From: Escherichia phage JulesPiccard
Sequence record: MZ501087
DNA: 47,731 bases
Strand: one strand, 5' to 3'
The notes under the pieces were generated by a model that ran no database searches, was not told the DNA's origin, and was given only the letters and a program-made list of their open reading frames with translations. Below are positions 1-10,269 of the stretch, piece by piece (position 1 is the stretch's first letter; every line of letters starts with the position of its first letter). A program made the position numbers and the translations under genes.

Positions 1-507
1 ATGAGCAAAGCAGCATTAAAGATGGGTGAGGGAAATTTCAAGGCGCTTTACAACAAGAAGTATGGCGATATTGCGATGGTGGCTATTAACCGCAAGTACA
101 CGCCTGAGGAAGTTTTCGATTTCGCTGTTCGATACTTCTCCTGGGCTGAGACTGAGGCAATCAAAGCAATTGAGACGGCGGCATTCCAGGGTGTGGTTAG
201 TGAGAGCCTTGTGCACAAGCCTCGAGTATTCACATTAACCGGGCTGGCGCTCTTTATGGGTGTTAATATCAATAGATTCGCACGCTGGCGTACTGAGGCT
301 GGTTACTCTGATGTGATGGAATTCATTGATAACGTAATCTACGAGCAGAAATACCAGCTTGGCGTTGCTGGTATCATCAACTCCACCATCGTGGGGAAAG
401 AATTGGGAATTGATAAGCCGCAGGAGATTACCATCAGCAACAACTCCACAGCCAACGACGTTGATAGCATGAAGGAAGCGCTGGAATCTGTTATTAGTAA
501 GCTGTGA
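1..507 (+). CDS. putative terminase small subunit (starts at window edge)
   Basis: 168-aa ORF directly upstream of the terminase large subunit; call is positional, no diagnostic motif. Confidence 0.4.
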   Translation: MSKAALKMGEGNFKALYNKKYGDIAMVAINRKYTPEEVFDFAVRYFSWAETEAIKAIETAAFQGVVSESLVHKPRVFTLTGLALFMGVNINRFARWRTEAGYSDVMEFIDNVIYEQKYQLGVAGIINSTIVGKELGIDKPQEITISNNSTANDVDSMKEALESVISKL

Positions 508-608
508 TAAAACGAGGGTATAACAATGAAAGGCTTGATTAAACTATTCATGATGTATTATCTATTAACTAGCGTATCTCTTTGTGTCTTTATGTTGGTG
601 GTTAAATT

Positions 609-2177
609 ATGGCTAATTTAGTATGGGAAGAAATGACCATTCAGGAAAAGATGGCCGTCAAGGCGATATCAGAACACAGCTTCGAGGGCTTTCTTCGTTG
701 CTGGTTCCAAATCACACAGGGCGAGCGATACATCCCTAACTGGCATCACAAATATCTATGCAGAATCATTGACGAGATTATTGCAGGTGAGCGCAAGGAC
801 ACCATCATCAACATAGCGCCGGGCAGCGGAAAGACAGAAATAGCTTCAATTCACTTTCCTGCCTACTCTATGGTTAAGCTGAAGAAGGTGCGGAACCTTA
901 ATATCTCCTTTGCCGACTCATTGGTTAAGCGTAACTCCAAGCGCGTACGTGACCTTATCAAATCTCAAGAATTTCAATCACTCTGGCCATGCAAGTTTGG
1001 TACGTGCAAAGACGATGAGCTTCAGGTTCTTGACGAGAGTGGCAAGGTTAGATTTGAGTCAATATCAAAGGCGGCTGGAGGTCAGATTACAGGCGCTCGA
1101 GGTGGCTATATAACAGAAACATACAGCGGGGCAGTTCTATTAGATGATTTCGACAAGCCGGCCGACATGCTATCTCAGGTCTACCGAACTAACAATCACG
1201 TAATGCTTAAGAACACGATTCGCTCACGTCGAGCTAGTTCTGTAAAAGGCAAGGCGACACCAATCATTTCGATACAGCAGCGATTGCACGTCAATGACTC
1301 AACCTGGTTCATGATGGAAGGAGGGATGGGTATTGATTTCGATCTGATTAAGATACCAGCATTAGTTACTGAGGATTACATCGATTCACTTCCTGACTGG
1401 ATTAAAGAGCAGTTTGCGGAAGACGTTTTGAGTGGTGAGTACATTGAGCGAGATGGGGTAAAGTACTATAGCTACTTCCCTAAAAAGGAATCCGTGCACG
1501 ACCTAGTTGCGATGTGGGATAGTGACCCGTACACTTTCCTTAGCCAGTATCAACAGGAACCTGTAGCTCTCGGCGGCAATCTGATTAACGTGGATTGGTT
1601 CCAGCGCCTTAGTGACACATTCAGACCTCCAGCTAAGTATGATTATCGATTCATCACGGCTGATACGGCGATGACAACTAAAAGCTATAGTGACTTCTCT
1701 GTGTTGCAACTTTGGGGCTATAAGGATGCCAGGATTTACCTTCTTGACCAACGCAGAGGCAAATGGGAGGCACCAGAGTTACAGGCTGAATTGCTTGAGT
1801 TTGAGAAGTCCGCAAGGGCCACCAGTCAGCAAAATGGAATTCTTCGAAAGATTATCGTCGAGAAGAAAGCATCTGGTATCGGTCTTATTCAATCAGCAAG
1901 TCGAGTTATGCGAACGCCAGTCGAGCCATACGTTCCGGATAACGACAAGCTGACCAGGGTAATGAGTGCGCTACCGCAGATTAAGGCCGGTAACGTCGTT
2001 CTTCCAGGGTCAGCGACATGGCTAAATGGTTTGCTTACGGAGATTGCATCTTTCACAGCAGACGACTCACACAAGCATGACGACCAAATTGACTGCCTAA
2101 CAATGGCAATCAACCTGGTACTTAACATTGCAGATGACCCTAAATCGCGGATGTTACGCCTTGCAGGAATTAAATAG
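609..2177 (+). CDS. terL: terminase large subunit
   Basis: 522 aa; N-terminal P-loop-like APGSGKTE; size and position before portal; C-terminal acidic nuclease-like region. Confidence 0.8.
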   Translation: MANLVWEEMTIQEKMAVKAISEHSFEGFLRCWFQITQGERYIPNWHHKYLCRIIDEIIAGERKDTIINIAPGSGKTEIASIHFPAYSMVKLKKVRNLNISFADSLVKRNSKRVRDLIKSQEFQSLWPCKFGTCKDDELQVLDESGKVRFESISKAAGGQITGARGGYITETYSGAVLLDDFDKPADMLSQVYRTNNHVMLKNTIRSRRASSVKGKATPIISIQQRLHVNDSTWFMMEGGMGIDFDLIKIPALVTEDYIDSLPDWIKEQFAEDVLSGEYIERDGVKYYSYFPKKESVHDLVAMWDSDPYTFLSQYQQEPVALGGNLINVDWFQRLSDTFRPPAKYDYRFITADTAMTTKSYSDFSVLQLWGYKDARIYLLDQRRGKWEAPELQAELLEFEKSARATSQQNGILRKIIVEKKASGIGLIQSASRVMRTPVEPYVPDNDKLTRVMSALPQIKAGNVVLPGSATWLNGLLTEIASFTADDSHKHDDQIDCLTMAINLVLNIADDPKSRMLRLAGIK

Positions 2178-2217
2178 CACGAATTGCCAAACACAAAAGC
2201 CACGGATGGCGTATAGT
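2175..2217 (+). promoter_or_regulatory. conserved promoter/operator element (TAGCA-N5-TGCCA ... TATAGT)
   Basis: family motif; TAG is terL stop. Confidence 0.55.
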
Positions 2218-2247
2218 CACTTCACACAAACGAGAGGAGTTAAACAA

Positions 2248-2625
2248 ATGACAAACACTTCAAAGGCTGTATATATTGGGAACAATGATGACAAGTATTG
2301 TGGATTCACTCCGGGAAATGAATACGACGTTTGCGTTCTTGATGATGGATTTTTGGGGGTTTACGATGATGATGATATTCACCGTTGCATTAAAAACGGA
2401 ACGTTACACGAGTTCAAGCTCGATTGTGAGGATGGTCATTTTGTAACTGAGACTGAGTGCGAAGTCATGCCGCCTATCGACAATAAAAAGCCAGAGCTTA
2501 GATATTACATAAATGGTCATGAGGTTGACATGGTTGAGTTCGGAAATGTGCGCTATACTGTAGAGCAGCTTAATGAGGATGGCGTAAAATGCGACACAAT
2601 CAAGTTCGAAGTAAAATTCGAGTAA
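2248..2625 (+). CDS. hypothetical protein, cargo gene (paralog of 14371..14745)
   Basis: ATG 2248 after RBS GAGAGGAG; preceded by promoter element at 2175 and followed by terminator; C-terminus IKFEVKFE matches IDFEVSFE of 14371..14745. Confidence 0.6.
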   Translation: MTNTSKAVYIGNNDDKYCGFTPGNEYDVCVLDDGFLGVYDDDDIHRCIKNGTLHEFKLDCEDGHFVTETECEVMPPIDNKKPELRYYINGHEVDMVEFGNVRYTVEQLNEDGVKCDTIKFEVKFE

Positions 2626-2646
2626 CCACAAAAGCTGTGATAAACT

Positions 2647-2669
2647 AGCCCCTGTTATGGGGCTTTTTA
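2647..2669 (+). terminator. intrinsic terminator
   Basis: hairpin GCCCC-TGTTAT-GGGGC then TTTTT. Confidence 0.7.
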
Positions 2670-2681
2670 TTGGAGAAAAAC

Positions 2682-3944
2682 ATGGTCAAGACAGACAGCT
2701 ACGCCAATATCTTTCTCGGCGGCAGTGATGGTAGTGAGATTTACGGGAGTTTGCAGAATCAGGCGCCCACAATTCTGGCCTCGCTTTATGCTGACAATGC
2801 TCTGGTGCGTCGAATTATCGACACAATACCGGAGACAGCATTAGCGGCAGGATTCCACATTGATGGTATTGATGATGAATCTGAATTCTGGTCTCACTGG
2901 GACGACCTGGAGCTAACAAAACACATCAATGAAGCCTGGTCATGGGCTAGATTGTTCGGTGGGTCTGCAATTGTTGCTATCGTTAAGGACAATAGGGCGC
3001 TAACAAGTCCGGTCAGAGAAGGTGCCGAGCTTGAAACGGTTCGCGTTTACGACCGCACACAAGTAAAAGTACAAACCCGAGAGGAGAACCCACGCAACTC
3101 GCGCTTTGGTAAGCCGCTAACCTATCGCATCACAACAAACGAAAGCGATATGTTCTATGATGTGCATTACACCCGCATTCACATCATTGACGGAGAGCGA
3201 GTCCCTAACGTAATGCGCCGTCAGAATGATGGATGGGGTAGAAGTGTTCTTTCTAGTGATATTCTTGACTCAATCAAGGATTACACGAACTGTGAACGAC
3301 TTGCCACGCAATTACTGAAGCGTAAGCAGCAGGCGGTCTGGAAGGCGAAAGGGCTTGCTGAGTTGTGTGATGACAGCGAAGGATTTGGCGCGGCTCGATT
3401 ACGACTTGCTCAGGTTGATAACAATAGTGGCGTGGGTCAGGCAATTGGCATTGACGCAGAATCTGAAGAGTACAGTGTTCTAAACTCTGATATCGGCGGG
3501 ATTGATGCGTTTCTGGATAAGAAGTTTGACCGAATCGTTGCTCTGAGCGGCATTCATGAAATCATCCTGAAGAACAAGAACGTTGGCGGTGTATCTTCAA
3601 GCCAGAATACGGCGCTTGAGACATTCCACAAGCTGGTTGACCGCAAGCGTAATGCTGAGCTTCTGCCTATTCTTGAGTTCTTAATCCCGTTCATTGTTAA
3701 TGTAGAAGAATGGTCAGTAGAGTTTAATCCTTTAGCGCAGGAGTCGAGCAAGGATAAAGCAGAGATTCTGGAGAAGAACGTAAACAGCATTGCGGCACTA
3801 ATTGCAGCTGGCGCTATGGATACTAACGAGGCTCGTGATACACTACGAACTATCGCACCAGAGATTAAGATTGGTGATGGAAATATCGAACCTGAAGAAC
3901 CATCTAAGGAAGTAATCGCGACGACAGAGGAATCTAATGAATGA
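2682..3944 (+). CDS. portal protein
   Basis: 420 aa, downstream of terL; ATG 2682 after GGAGAAAAAC; acidic C-terminus; size and position typical. Confidence 0.7.
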   Translation: MVKTDSYANIFLGGSDGSEIYGSLQNQAPTILASLYADNALVRRIIDTIPETALAAGFHIDGIDDESEFWSHWDDLELTKHINEAWSWARLFGGSAIVAIVKDNRALTSPVREGAELETVRVYDRTQVKVQTREENPRNSRFGKPLTYRITTNESDMFYDVHYTRIHIIDGERVPNVMRRQNDGWGRSVLSSDILDSIKDYTNCERLATQLLKRKQQAVWKAKGLAELCDDSEGFGAARLRLAQVDNNSGVGQAIGIDAESEEYSVLNSDIGGIDAFLDKKFDRIVALSGIHEIILKNKNVGGVSSSQNTALETFHKLVDRKRNAELLPILEFLIPFIVNVEEWSVEFNPLAQESSKDKAEILEKNVNSIAALIAAGAMDTNEARDTLRTIAPEIKIGDGNIEPEEPSKEVIATTEESNE

Positions 3945-3977
3945 TGAATTTGATGGATTTTAGTGAGGAGAATTGGG

Positions 3978-5066
3978 ATGTATAAAGTCCGCTATGACAG
4001 CGCAAAGTTTAAGGCAACAATCGACGAGAATGGATTCTTAGTCGATACGCCTGTGGTAGCGCGCCTCGGCGTGCAAGTCTACTACATGGAGGATGGTCGC
4101 ACGGTTCGAGAGTTTCGCCCAGCAGAGGAAGTTTTCAAGGATGAATCCCTCGCAAGCTACCAGGGTAAGCCAATGACCCTGGATCACGTCTTCGTTAACT
4201 CTGAGAACGCTAAAGAGGTGGTAGTAGGTTCAGTTTCTGGCAAAGCTGAACCTCTTGGCAGTTCAGTGGTTGCGCCAATCGTTATTTACGACAACGCAGC
4301 CATTCAGGAAGCTATGGCAGGTAACGCCAAGGAGTTGTCAGTCGGATACTCTGCAATTCTTGACGAAACCCCAGGATGGGGAGACCCTGCTACTGGCGAG
4401 TACATCCTTAAATCTGATGCTGATGAGAAATTCGATGCACCAGAAGGATGGCAGGAGTTCGACGCAATTCAGCGTGACATTAAAGTGAACCATCTCGCAA
4501 TGGTATATCGCGGTCGCGCAGGTATTGCCAAATTGAATATGGACGGTGAGCAGGAAAACCCGTATACTACTGACGTTGATATCAATAAAGAGGATAAACA
4601 GGAAATGATTAAGATTAAACTCGACGGCGCGCAGGAATTTGAGGTCGCACCGGAAGTCGCTTCTCACATCGAAGCGCTGAACGCAAAGGCTGATACCGCA
4701 ATCGCAGAGCGCGACGCACTGAAAGCTAAAGTAGACGCAATGCCTGCCGAAATCGAGGCTGCCGTAGCTAAAGCTAAAGCAGACGCTGAAGCACTAGCTG
4801 CCCTGGTTGCTGTTGCCGCTGAAGCTGGTGTGAAAGCTGACGGTCTGGATGCTAAAGGCATTAAAGTTGCTTACGTTAAAGAAGTCTCCGGCCTTGATGT
4901 TGCTGAGAAATCCGACGCGTACATCGACGCAGCGTTCGACATTGCCAAAGATTCTGATAAAATGGCTGAAGTACGTAAAGCAACTAACGCTTCCAACAAA
5001 TCTGACAGCGCCGATGAGCCTAAGAAATTAGACCCGCGTGCTCGTTTAGCTAAAATTAAGAAATAA
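3978..5066 (+). CDS. putative prohead protease / scaffolding protein
   Basis: RBS GAGGAG 7 nt before ATG 3978; C-terminal Ala/Glu/Lys-rich predicted coiled coil typical of scaffolds; between portal and capsid. Confidence 0.55.
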   Translation: MYKVRYDSAKFKATIDENGFLVDTPVVARLGVQVYYMEDGRTVREFRPAEEVFKDESLASYQGKPMTLDHVFVNSENAKEVVVGSVSGKAEPLGSSVVAPIVIYDNAAIQEAMAGNAKELSVGYSAILDETPGWGDPATGEYILKSDADEKFDAPEGWQEFDAIQRDIKVNHLAMVYRGRAGIAKLNMDGEQENPYTTDVDINKEDKQEMIKIKLDGAQEFEVAPEVASHIEALNAKADTAIAERDALKAKVDAMPAEIEAAVAKAKADAEALAALVAVAAEAGVKADGLDAKGIKVAYVKEVSGLDVAEKSDAYIDAAFDIAKDSDKMAEVRKATNASNKSDSADEPKKLDPRARLAKIKK

Positions 5067-5078
5067 GGAGTTATAAAC

Positions 5079-5600
5079 ATGGCAATTCGTTCCGTAGCAC
5101 TGGCTGGTATGGTTTCTGATACCTCTCTGTATAACATCGACGGCGCTTGCGTAGTTGGTGGTAGTGATGCAATTCCGGTTGGTACTGTTGTTGGAGTTAC
5201 ATCCGCTCAGCCTGTGGATGGTCACAAGGTTGTTGGCCTCCCTGCTGTGACTGGCACACCAGTTAAACCTTATGGTGTTGTTGTTAAATCTCATTACGAG
5301 ACACCGGATGGCACCGCTCGCGTAAATGAAGCAGTTAACGTAATGACTCATGGTCGAATCTGGGTTCGAACCACTTTAGAAGCTGCGCCAGATTTTGGTA
5401 GTAAGGTTTTCGTAAACGCAAGTGGCGTTGTTGCTACCGAAGCAGCAGGCACTACTTGGGAGACTGGCTTTACATTTGCTGGCGGTTATGTGTCTGCCTA
5501 TGCTGGCGGCGCCAACCCAATTCAGCAAGGAGAAAGCGTTGATGGTGCACTAGTTGAGGTTCAGCTTATTCAATCCGCAGACTCAACTGTTGCAGCTTAA
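5079..5600 (+). CDS. putative head decoration/structural protein
   Basis: RBS TAAGGAG; Gly/Val/Thr-rich 173 aa in head module; followed by intrinsic terminator. Confidence 0.4.
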   Translation: MAIRSVALAGMVSDTSLYNIDGACVVGGSDAIPVGTVVGVTSAQPVDGHKVVGLPAVTGTPVKPYGVVVKSHYETPDGTARVNEAVNVMTHGRIWVRTTLEAAPDFGSKVFVNASGVVATEAAGTTWETGFTFAGGYVSAYAGGANPIQQGESVDGALVEVQLIQSADSTVAA

Positions 5601-5606
5601 TTAGAT

Positions 5607-5626
5607 GGCCCTTCGGGGCCTTTTTT
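5607..5626 (+). terminator. intrinsic terminator
   Basis: GGCCC-TTCG-GGGCC then TTTTTT. Confidence 0.75.
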
Positions 5627-5642
5627 ACTATATGGGGATTTT

Positions 5643-5867
5643 ATGATAAAAATATTTTCTGGTGACTTCGAGTTCGCACATGAGGCTGATGCATTCCTTA
5701 ATGATGCAATTTCCTCAGGATTCAAATATCTAGTCAGGTCGCTGAGCAAATCACCAATGATTCAGGCCTATAGTCGCAGCGATACAACTCCAGGAAAAGG
5801 GGTTATAAGAAAGGATGGAGTGAGAGTTTTGGGAGTGGCCCTATCTGACGACCCTAGATGTGGATAA
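5643..5867 (+). CDS. hypothetical protein
   Basis: 74-aa ORF between terminators in head module. Confidence 0.35.
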   Translation: MIKIFSGDFEFAHEADAFLNDAISSGFKYLVRSLSKSPMIQAYSRSDTTPGKGVIRKDGVRVLGVALSDDPRCG

Positions 5868-5963
5868 CTGGTTGATGAATTTTCTGTTTTTAAGTCAGCG
5901 GAGTATGAGGAGTATACTCATGAGATTGATGGTGTATGGGTTAACTATATCCACAATGACTTC

Positions 5964-6185
5964 GTGAGTAAATTAAATGATGGTTGGAGAACGGTTACAG
6001 ACAGCGCATCCCCGCTAACCCACCACCCTCAGGTGTTGACGTGGTCATGGGAGTACAACTACTATTACACAAGATCATCATCAACTTATGGTATTTGCTT
6101 TTTAGCTAGGTTTGCAAATCATGATTCAACTAAAAAATCTGGCTGGGCCTTAGTTAAGTACGAAGAGGTAGAAGCGCCACAGTAA
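5964..6185 (+). CDS. hypothetical protein
   Basis: 73-aa ORF followed by terminator hairpin at 6190. Confidence 0.35.
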   Translation: MSKLNDGWRTVTDSASPLTHHPQVLTWSWEYNYYYTRSSSTYGICFLARFANHDSTKKSGWALVKYEEVEAPQ

Positions 6186-6189
6186 ATAA

Positions 6190-6209
6190 AGCCTCCTTCG
6201 GGAGGTTTT
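6190..6209 (+). terminator. intrinsic terminator
   Basis: CCTCC-TTCG-GGAGG then TTTT. Confidence 0.65.
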
Positions 6210-6285
6210 ACCGCCACCATTGCGTGGGCTAAAAACTCGTGTATAATGAACCCGTAGACACCTAACTGAAAAGGAACAATAAAGA

Positions 6286-7230
6286 ATGGCCATTAAATTT
6301 GATGCAGAACAAGCAAAAATCACCGCCCACCTCGAGCAAATGGGCGTAGATAAAGCAGATGCCGCTGGTATCTGGACCGTTAATCAGCTTACCGCTGCAC
6401 TGAATCGTGCTTACGAGAAAGAGTATGCAGAGAACTCTGTCGTTAATATCTTCCCTGTAACAAATGAAATCCCTGGTCACGCGAAGTATTTCGAATATCC
6501 AGAATTCGACGGTGTTGGTATCGCTCAGATTATCGCTGATTACTCTGACGACCTGCCTCTGGTTGACGCTTTCATGACTGAGAAGCAAGGTAAAGTATTC
6601 CGTTTCGGTAACGCATTCCTGATTTCTACTGATGAAATTAAAGCTGGCGCTGCAACTGGTCAGTCTCTGTCAACTCGCAAACAAGCGCTGGCATTCGAAG
6701 CGCACGACAACCTGTTGGACAAACTGGTTTGGTCTGGTTCCGCTCCGCACGGTATCGTAAGCGTATTCGATCAGCCGAACATCAACAACGTTGTTGCAAC
6801 TCCAAACTGGAGCGTCCCGCAGAACGCAATTGATGACGTAACCGCGATGATTGATGCAGTTGAATCTTCAACTCAGGGCTTACATCATGTGACTGACATT
6901 CTGCTTCCAGCCTCTGCTCGCCGAGTAATGCAGCAACTGGTTCCGCAGACAAACCTGAGTTACGGCGAATTGTTCACTCGTAACAACTCGGGCCTGACTA
7001 TTCGCTTCTTGCAGTTCCTGGATAACTACGATGGAGCGGGTGGTAAAGCTGCTCTGGCGTTTGAAAAGAGTCCACTCAATATGTCTATCGAGATTCCAGA
7101 AGCTACTAACGTTCTTCCTGGTCAACCGAAAGATTTGCACTTTAAGTACCCTGTAACATCTAAAGCGACAGGTTTGATTGTTTATCGCCCTCTGACGATG
7201 GCAGTAATCAAAGGCATTACCTTCGCGTAA
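6286..7230 (+). CDS. major capsid protein
   Basis: 314 aa, RBS AAAGGAAC, flanked by strong terminators (high-expression unit), position in head module. Confidence 0.65.
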   Translation: MAIKFDAEQAKITAHLEQMGVDKADAAGIWTVNQLTAALNRAYEKEYAENSVVNIFPVTNEIPGHAKYFEYPEFDGVGIAQIIADYSDDLPLVDAFMTEKQGKVFRFGNAFLISTDEIKAGAATGQSLSTRKQALAFEAHDNLLDKLVWSGSAPHGIVSVFDQPNINNVVATPNWSVPQNAIDDVTAMIDAVESSTQGLHHVTDILLPASARRVMQQLVPQTNLSYGELFTRNNSGLTIRFLQFLDNYDGAGGKAALAFEKSPLNMSIEIPEATNVLPGQPKDLHFKYPVTSKATGLIVYRPLTMAVIKGITFA

Positions 7231-7236
7231 TAAATC

Positions 7237-7258
7237 GCCCTCTTCGGAGGGCTTTTTT
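7237..7258 (+). terminator. intrinsic terminator after capsid gene
   Basis: GCCCTC-TTCG-GAGGGC then TTTTTT. Confidence 0.75.
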
Positions 7259-7323
7259 ACGTCTGTACCAAATGGAATTGTTGGGTTATAATCACTCAAT
7301 CAGATAAACAAAGGAGAAAAAAA

Positions 7324-7569
7324 ATGATTCGCTTAGAACACACTGGCGCTTGCCTTATCGTCTACAAGGGTGAGAAATATTTGCCTGGTGATACTTTCGA
7401 GGTTGATGCAATTTGCGACGGACTCAAGCGCCTAATCGCAGAGGGTAAGCTCACCATTGAGGGTGACGCTAAGGCAACCAAGCAGATCGCGCAGGAAATT
7501 GTTAGCAAGAAGAAGCGCAAAGAACCGAAAACCATCTCCGAAGCTGAGACTGGTAACGAGTACAAATAA
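7324..7569 (+). CDS. hypothetical protein (Lys-rich C-terminus)
   Basis: RBS AAAGGAGAAAAAAA before ATG; own terminator. Confidence 0.45.
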   Translation: MIRLEHTGACLIVYKGEKYLPGDTFEVDAICDGLKRLIAEGKLTIEGDAKATKQIAQEIVSKKKRKEPKTISEAETGNEYK

Positions 7570-7574
7570 CAAAA

Positions 7575-7596
7575 GGGCGCTTCGGCGTCCTTTATT
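7575..7596 (+). terminator. intrinsic terminator
   Basis: GGGCGC-TTCG-GCGTCC then TTTATT. Confidence 0.6.
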
Positions 7597-7609
7597 GTAT
7601 GGAGCTAAT

Positions 7610-8011
7610 ATGAATGATGCAATTTTGGCGTTTATGCGATCGCTTGTTCCTGCGCTTAAAGCGGTGGATGACGAATCAATTAATGTATGGATCGATTTGG
7701 CACGTCTCTACGTATGTGAGAGCAAGTTTGGCAATGATGCTGATCGCGCTGTGGGCCTTTATGCCTTGCACCTGATGCTTTCTGATGGCGCATTTAAGGG
7801 TGAGAATGAAGGCTTGGAAACATACAGTCGTAGAATGGCAAGTTATGCACTGAGCGGTGAGTTCTCTATCACTTATGATAATCAATCAGCAATCCAGGGT
7901 GACTTATCATCTTCCTCATGGGGTCGTATGTACAAGGCACTTCTCCGCAAGAAAGGTGGTGGCTTTGGTTTGATTACTTCCGCTCGTAGCGGTGGGTGCG
8001 GTTGCCGATGA
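7610..8011 (+). CDS. putative head-tail connector protein
   Basis: ATG 7610 after GGAG; position between capsid and tail genes. Confidence 0.45.
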   Translation: MNDAILAFMRSLVPALKAVDDESINVWIDLARLYVCESKFGNDADRAVGLYALHLMLSDGAFKGENEGLETYSRRMASYALSGEFSITYDNQSAIQGDLSSSSWGRMYKALLRKKGGGFGLITSARSGGCGCR

Positions 8012-8379
8012 ACTACAACGAAATAGAATCAATCACTCGTGCTGGCATTAACTTCTTTAGTGATGCCAGCGGCGTTTATGAAATGAGTACGGGAGCTGGA
8101 TATGTTGAAATCGTTAACGGCGTTGAGGTTGAGGTTCCTTCGCAAACATTTCAGCTAAAGGGCTTGGTGCGAGAAATCAAGACGCGAGATATCGATGGCG
8201 AGTTTATCCAGTTTGGCGATAAGCGCGGAATCTTCACGGCCCAGGTGGAAATCAAGCAGGGTTATCAGATTAAGGTTGATGGTGAGACTTTTGTTGTTGT
8301 TGACCCGCGCCCTGTTAAACCAACTGGCACGGTTGTTGGCTACCGTCCAATTCTTCGTAGGGTGGCTACTTATGGCTAG
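8008..8379 (+). CDS. putative head-tail joining protein
   Basis: ATGA overlap with upstream gene (translational coupling). Confidence 0.45.
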   Translation: MNYNEIESITRAGINFFSDASGVYEMSTGAGYVEIVNGVEVEVPSQTFQLKGLVREIKTRDIDGEFIQFGDKRGIFTAQVEIKQGYQIKVDGETFVVVDPRPVKPTGTVVGYRPILRRVATYG

Positions 8380-8809
8380 GAATATTGGAAGCGTGGTTAC
8401 GTTTGAAAAATCTATTGCTGACTGGATTGACAGAGCGGAGGATGGTTTTGGGATTGTGGTAGCCAATACGGTTATCAAGACAGCCAGCGCAATTGTTGAC
8501 CTTTCTCCTGTCGACACTGGTAGGTTTAAGGCTAACTGGCAAATCACCGCAAACTCGCCAGCCCAGCAGTCACTAAACGAGTACGACCAGACTGGCGGTC
8601 AGACAAAAACATACCTCGCCAGACAGGCGAGAGCGGTTGCCAACTCAAAAGCTACAAGTGTTATTTATATTACCAACCGACTTGACTACGCGGCTGATCT
8701 TGAGTACGGCGCATCAAACCAGGCTCCATCCGGTGTTTTAGGTGTGGTGCAAGCAAGGTTGGGTAGGTATTTTCAAGAGGCAGTGGAGGAGGCGCGTCGT
8801 GCAATATGA
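8372..8809 (+). CDS. putative neck/tail completion protein
   Basis: 145 aa, overlaps upstream stop; position in connector module. Confidence 0.45.
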   Translation: MARNIGSVVTFEKSIADWIDRAEDGFGIVVANTVIKTASAIVDLSPVDTGRFKANWQITANSPAQQSLNEYDQTGGQTKTYLARQARAVANSKATSVIYITNRLDYAADLEYGASNQAPSGVLGVVQARLGRYFQEAVEEARRAI

Positions 8810-9200
8810 ATTATCATTAGCAGCAAGGAAGTTCGTCAACGATTTGCTGGTAAGTGAATTTCCAGTCAGGTATCCAGTTGCTTGGGAGAATGCTGCATTT
8901 ACCCCTCCTGCAGACGGATCAATCTGGCTTAAGTACGACTACACAGAGGCAGACACCGTAACCTATGGGCTTAGCCGAAAGTGCAAATACTACGTAGGCA
9001 TGGTGCAGATTTCTGTTTTCTTCAGTCCTGGCACTGGAATTGATAAGCCGAGACAAATCGCTAATCAATTGGCAGAATCTATCGTTGATGGTACAATACT
9101 TGACAGCGGGACCATTTATGAGTCTGGAGTTGTTAACCCGGTTATCAAATCCAAGTCTGGGTGGTTTATCCCGGTTCGTTTTTATGTTCGTCTAGACTAA
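8799..9200 (+). CDS. putative tail terminator/minor tail protein (GTG start uncertain)
   Basis: RBS AGGAGG 6 nt before GTG 8799; alternative ATG 8742 lies inside upstream gene. Confidence 0.4.
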   Translation: MQYELSLAARKFVNDLLVSEFPVRYPVAWENAAFTPPADGSIWLKYDYTEADTVTYGLSRKCKYYVGMVQISVFFSPGTGIDKPRQIANQLAESIVDGTILDSGTIYESGVVNPVIKSKSGWFIPVRFYVRLD

Positions 9201-9214
9201 CAAAAGGAAAATAC

Positions 9215-9871
9215 ATGGCCCATTTATCAAACGGCACCCAAGTCTTCGTAGAAGGCTCTCGTGGTGATGCTATTTCTGTCACTGCAATCTCTAACGCCTC
9301 CAGACCAGTTCTAACCGTTGACGATGCTTCTGGCGTTGTTGTTGGTGATTACCTGTTGTTTACAGCATCTGCTTCTACACTACTTGCTGATAAGCAAGTT
9401 CGAGTTACCGCTGTAACTGGTAACTCAATCACTGTTGAAGGTATCGATACCTCTAACACCACAAAATTCCCAACTGGCTTAACTGGTGAGGTAGTTAAGA
9501 TTCTTTCCTGGTTCGAAGTTCCGTGTGTTCAGGACGTATCCACTGACGGTGGAGAGCAGCAGTTTGTTAACTTCCAGTGCCTTTCTGATGATCGTGAACA
9601 GCAGATTCCGACCTATAAATCTGCCGTAACAAACACCTTTACCTTCGCTCATGAGTACACTAACCCGGTTTATCCGGTTCTGCGTGAATATGATGAGTCT
9701 GGTCAGGTTGTCGCGATTCGACTGTATGTTCCACGCGCCCAGGAAATGCGCTTGCAGTCCGGCACTATCGCTTTCAACGACACCCCCACCATTGGTGTTA
9801 ACGAAATCGAAACGGTATCCATCGCAGTATCCATTCGTGGTCGCTTGTCCTCTGTGGCAGCTGAAGTTTAA
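9215..9871 (+). CDS. major tail protein
   Basis: 218 aa, RBS AAGGA, directly upstream of G/GT chaperones and tape measure, followed by strong terminator. Confidence 0.6.
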   Translation: MAHLSNGTQVFVEGSRGDAISVTAISNASRPVLTVDDASGVVVGDYLLFTASASTLLADKQVRVTAVTGNSITVEGIDTSNTTKFPTGLTGEVVKILSWFEVPCVQDVSTDGGEQQFVNFQCLSDDREQQIPTYKSAVTNTFTFAHEYTNPVYPVLREYDESGQVVAIRLYVPRAQEMRLQSGTIAFNDTPTIGVNEIETVSIAVSIRGRLSSVAAEV

Positions 9872-9878
9872 AACACAA

Positions 9879-9900
9879 ACCCTCTTCGGAGGGTTTTTTA
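9879..9900 (+). terminator. intrinsic terminator after major tail gene
   Basis: ACCCTC-TTCG-GAGGGT then TTTTTT. Confidence 0.75.
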
Positions 9901-9905
9901 TTGCA

Positions 9906-9948
9906 TAGCATTTTTTGATAAAGCATTAATTTAATCTTCCTGTATAGT
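9906..9948 (+). promoter_or_regulatory. conserved promoter/operator element
   Basis: TAGCATTTTTTGATAAA ... TATAGT ... CATCGAAACGAAATGAG leader. Confidence 0.55.
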
Positions 9949-9981
9949 TACCTCATCGAAACGAAATGAGAGATTAAAGAA

Positions 9982-10230
9982 ATGAATAACGTTAAAAACA
10001 TCATCAAGCTCGCTGCGGTTCTGGTTGCTTTTTATGCAGTGATTCAGATTGTTAATCCAACCGGCGAGGCTGATGCAAATAGCAAGGCAAACAAATATGC
10101 CGTTGAATTTGCTAAAGCTGAGCGAGCATGTCAGTCGCTTGTAGGTGGTAAAGTTGACCAAATCATGAAATATGGCAAAGAGGTTTGCAAGGACTCAGCC
10201 GCTAAGATTGCAAAAGAAAACACTAAGTAA
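9982..10230 (+). CDS. small membrane protein
   Basis: hydrophobic N-terminal segment LAAVLVAFYAVIQIV; own promoter element at 9906. Confidence 0.45.
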   Translation: MNNVKNIIKLAAVLVAFYAVIQIVNPTGEADANSKANKYAVEFAKAERACQSLVGGKVDQIMKYGKEVCKDSAAKIAKENTK

Positions 10231-10269
10231 TAGAATACATACTCACAAACAATAAGAGGATTAACTAAG

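Noticed and set aside
4664-4861. 65-aa Ala-rich ORF on the minus strand
   Set aside because: Antisense to the Ala-rich coiled-coil region of the scaffold gene; a frame artefact of GC-rich GCN codons.
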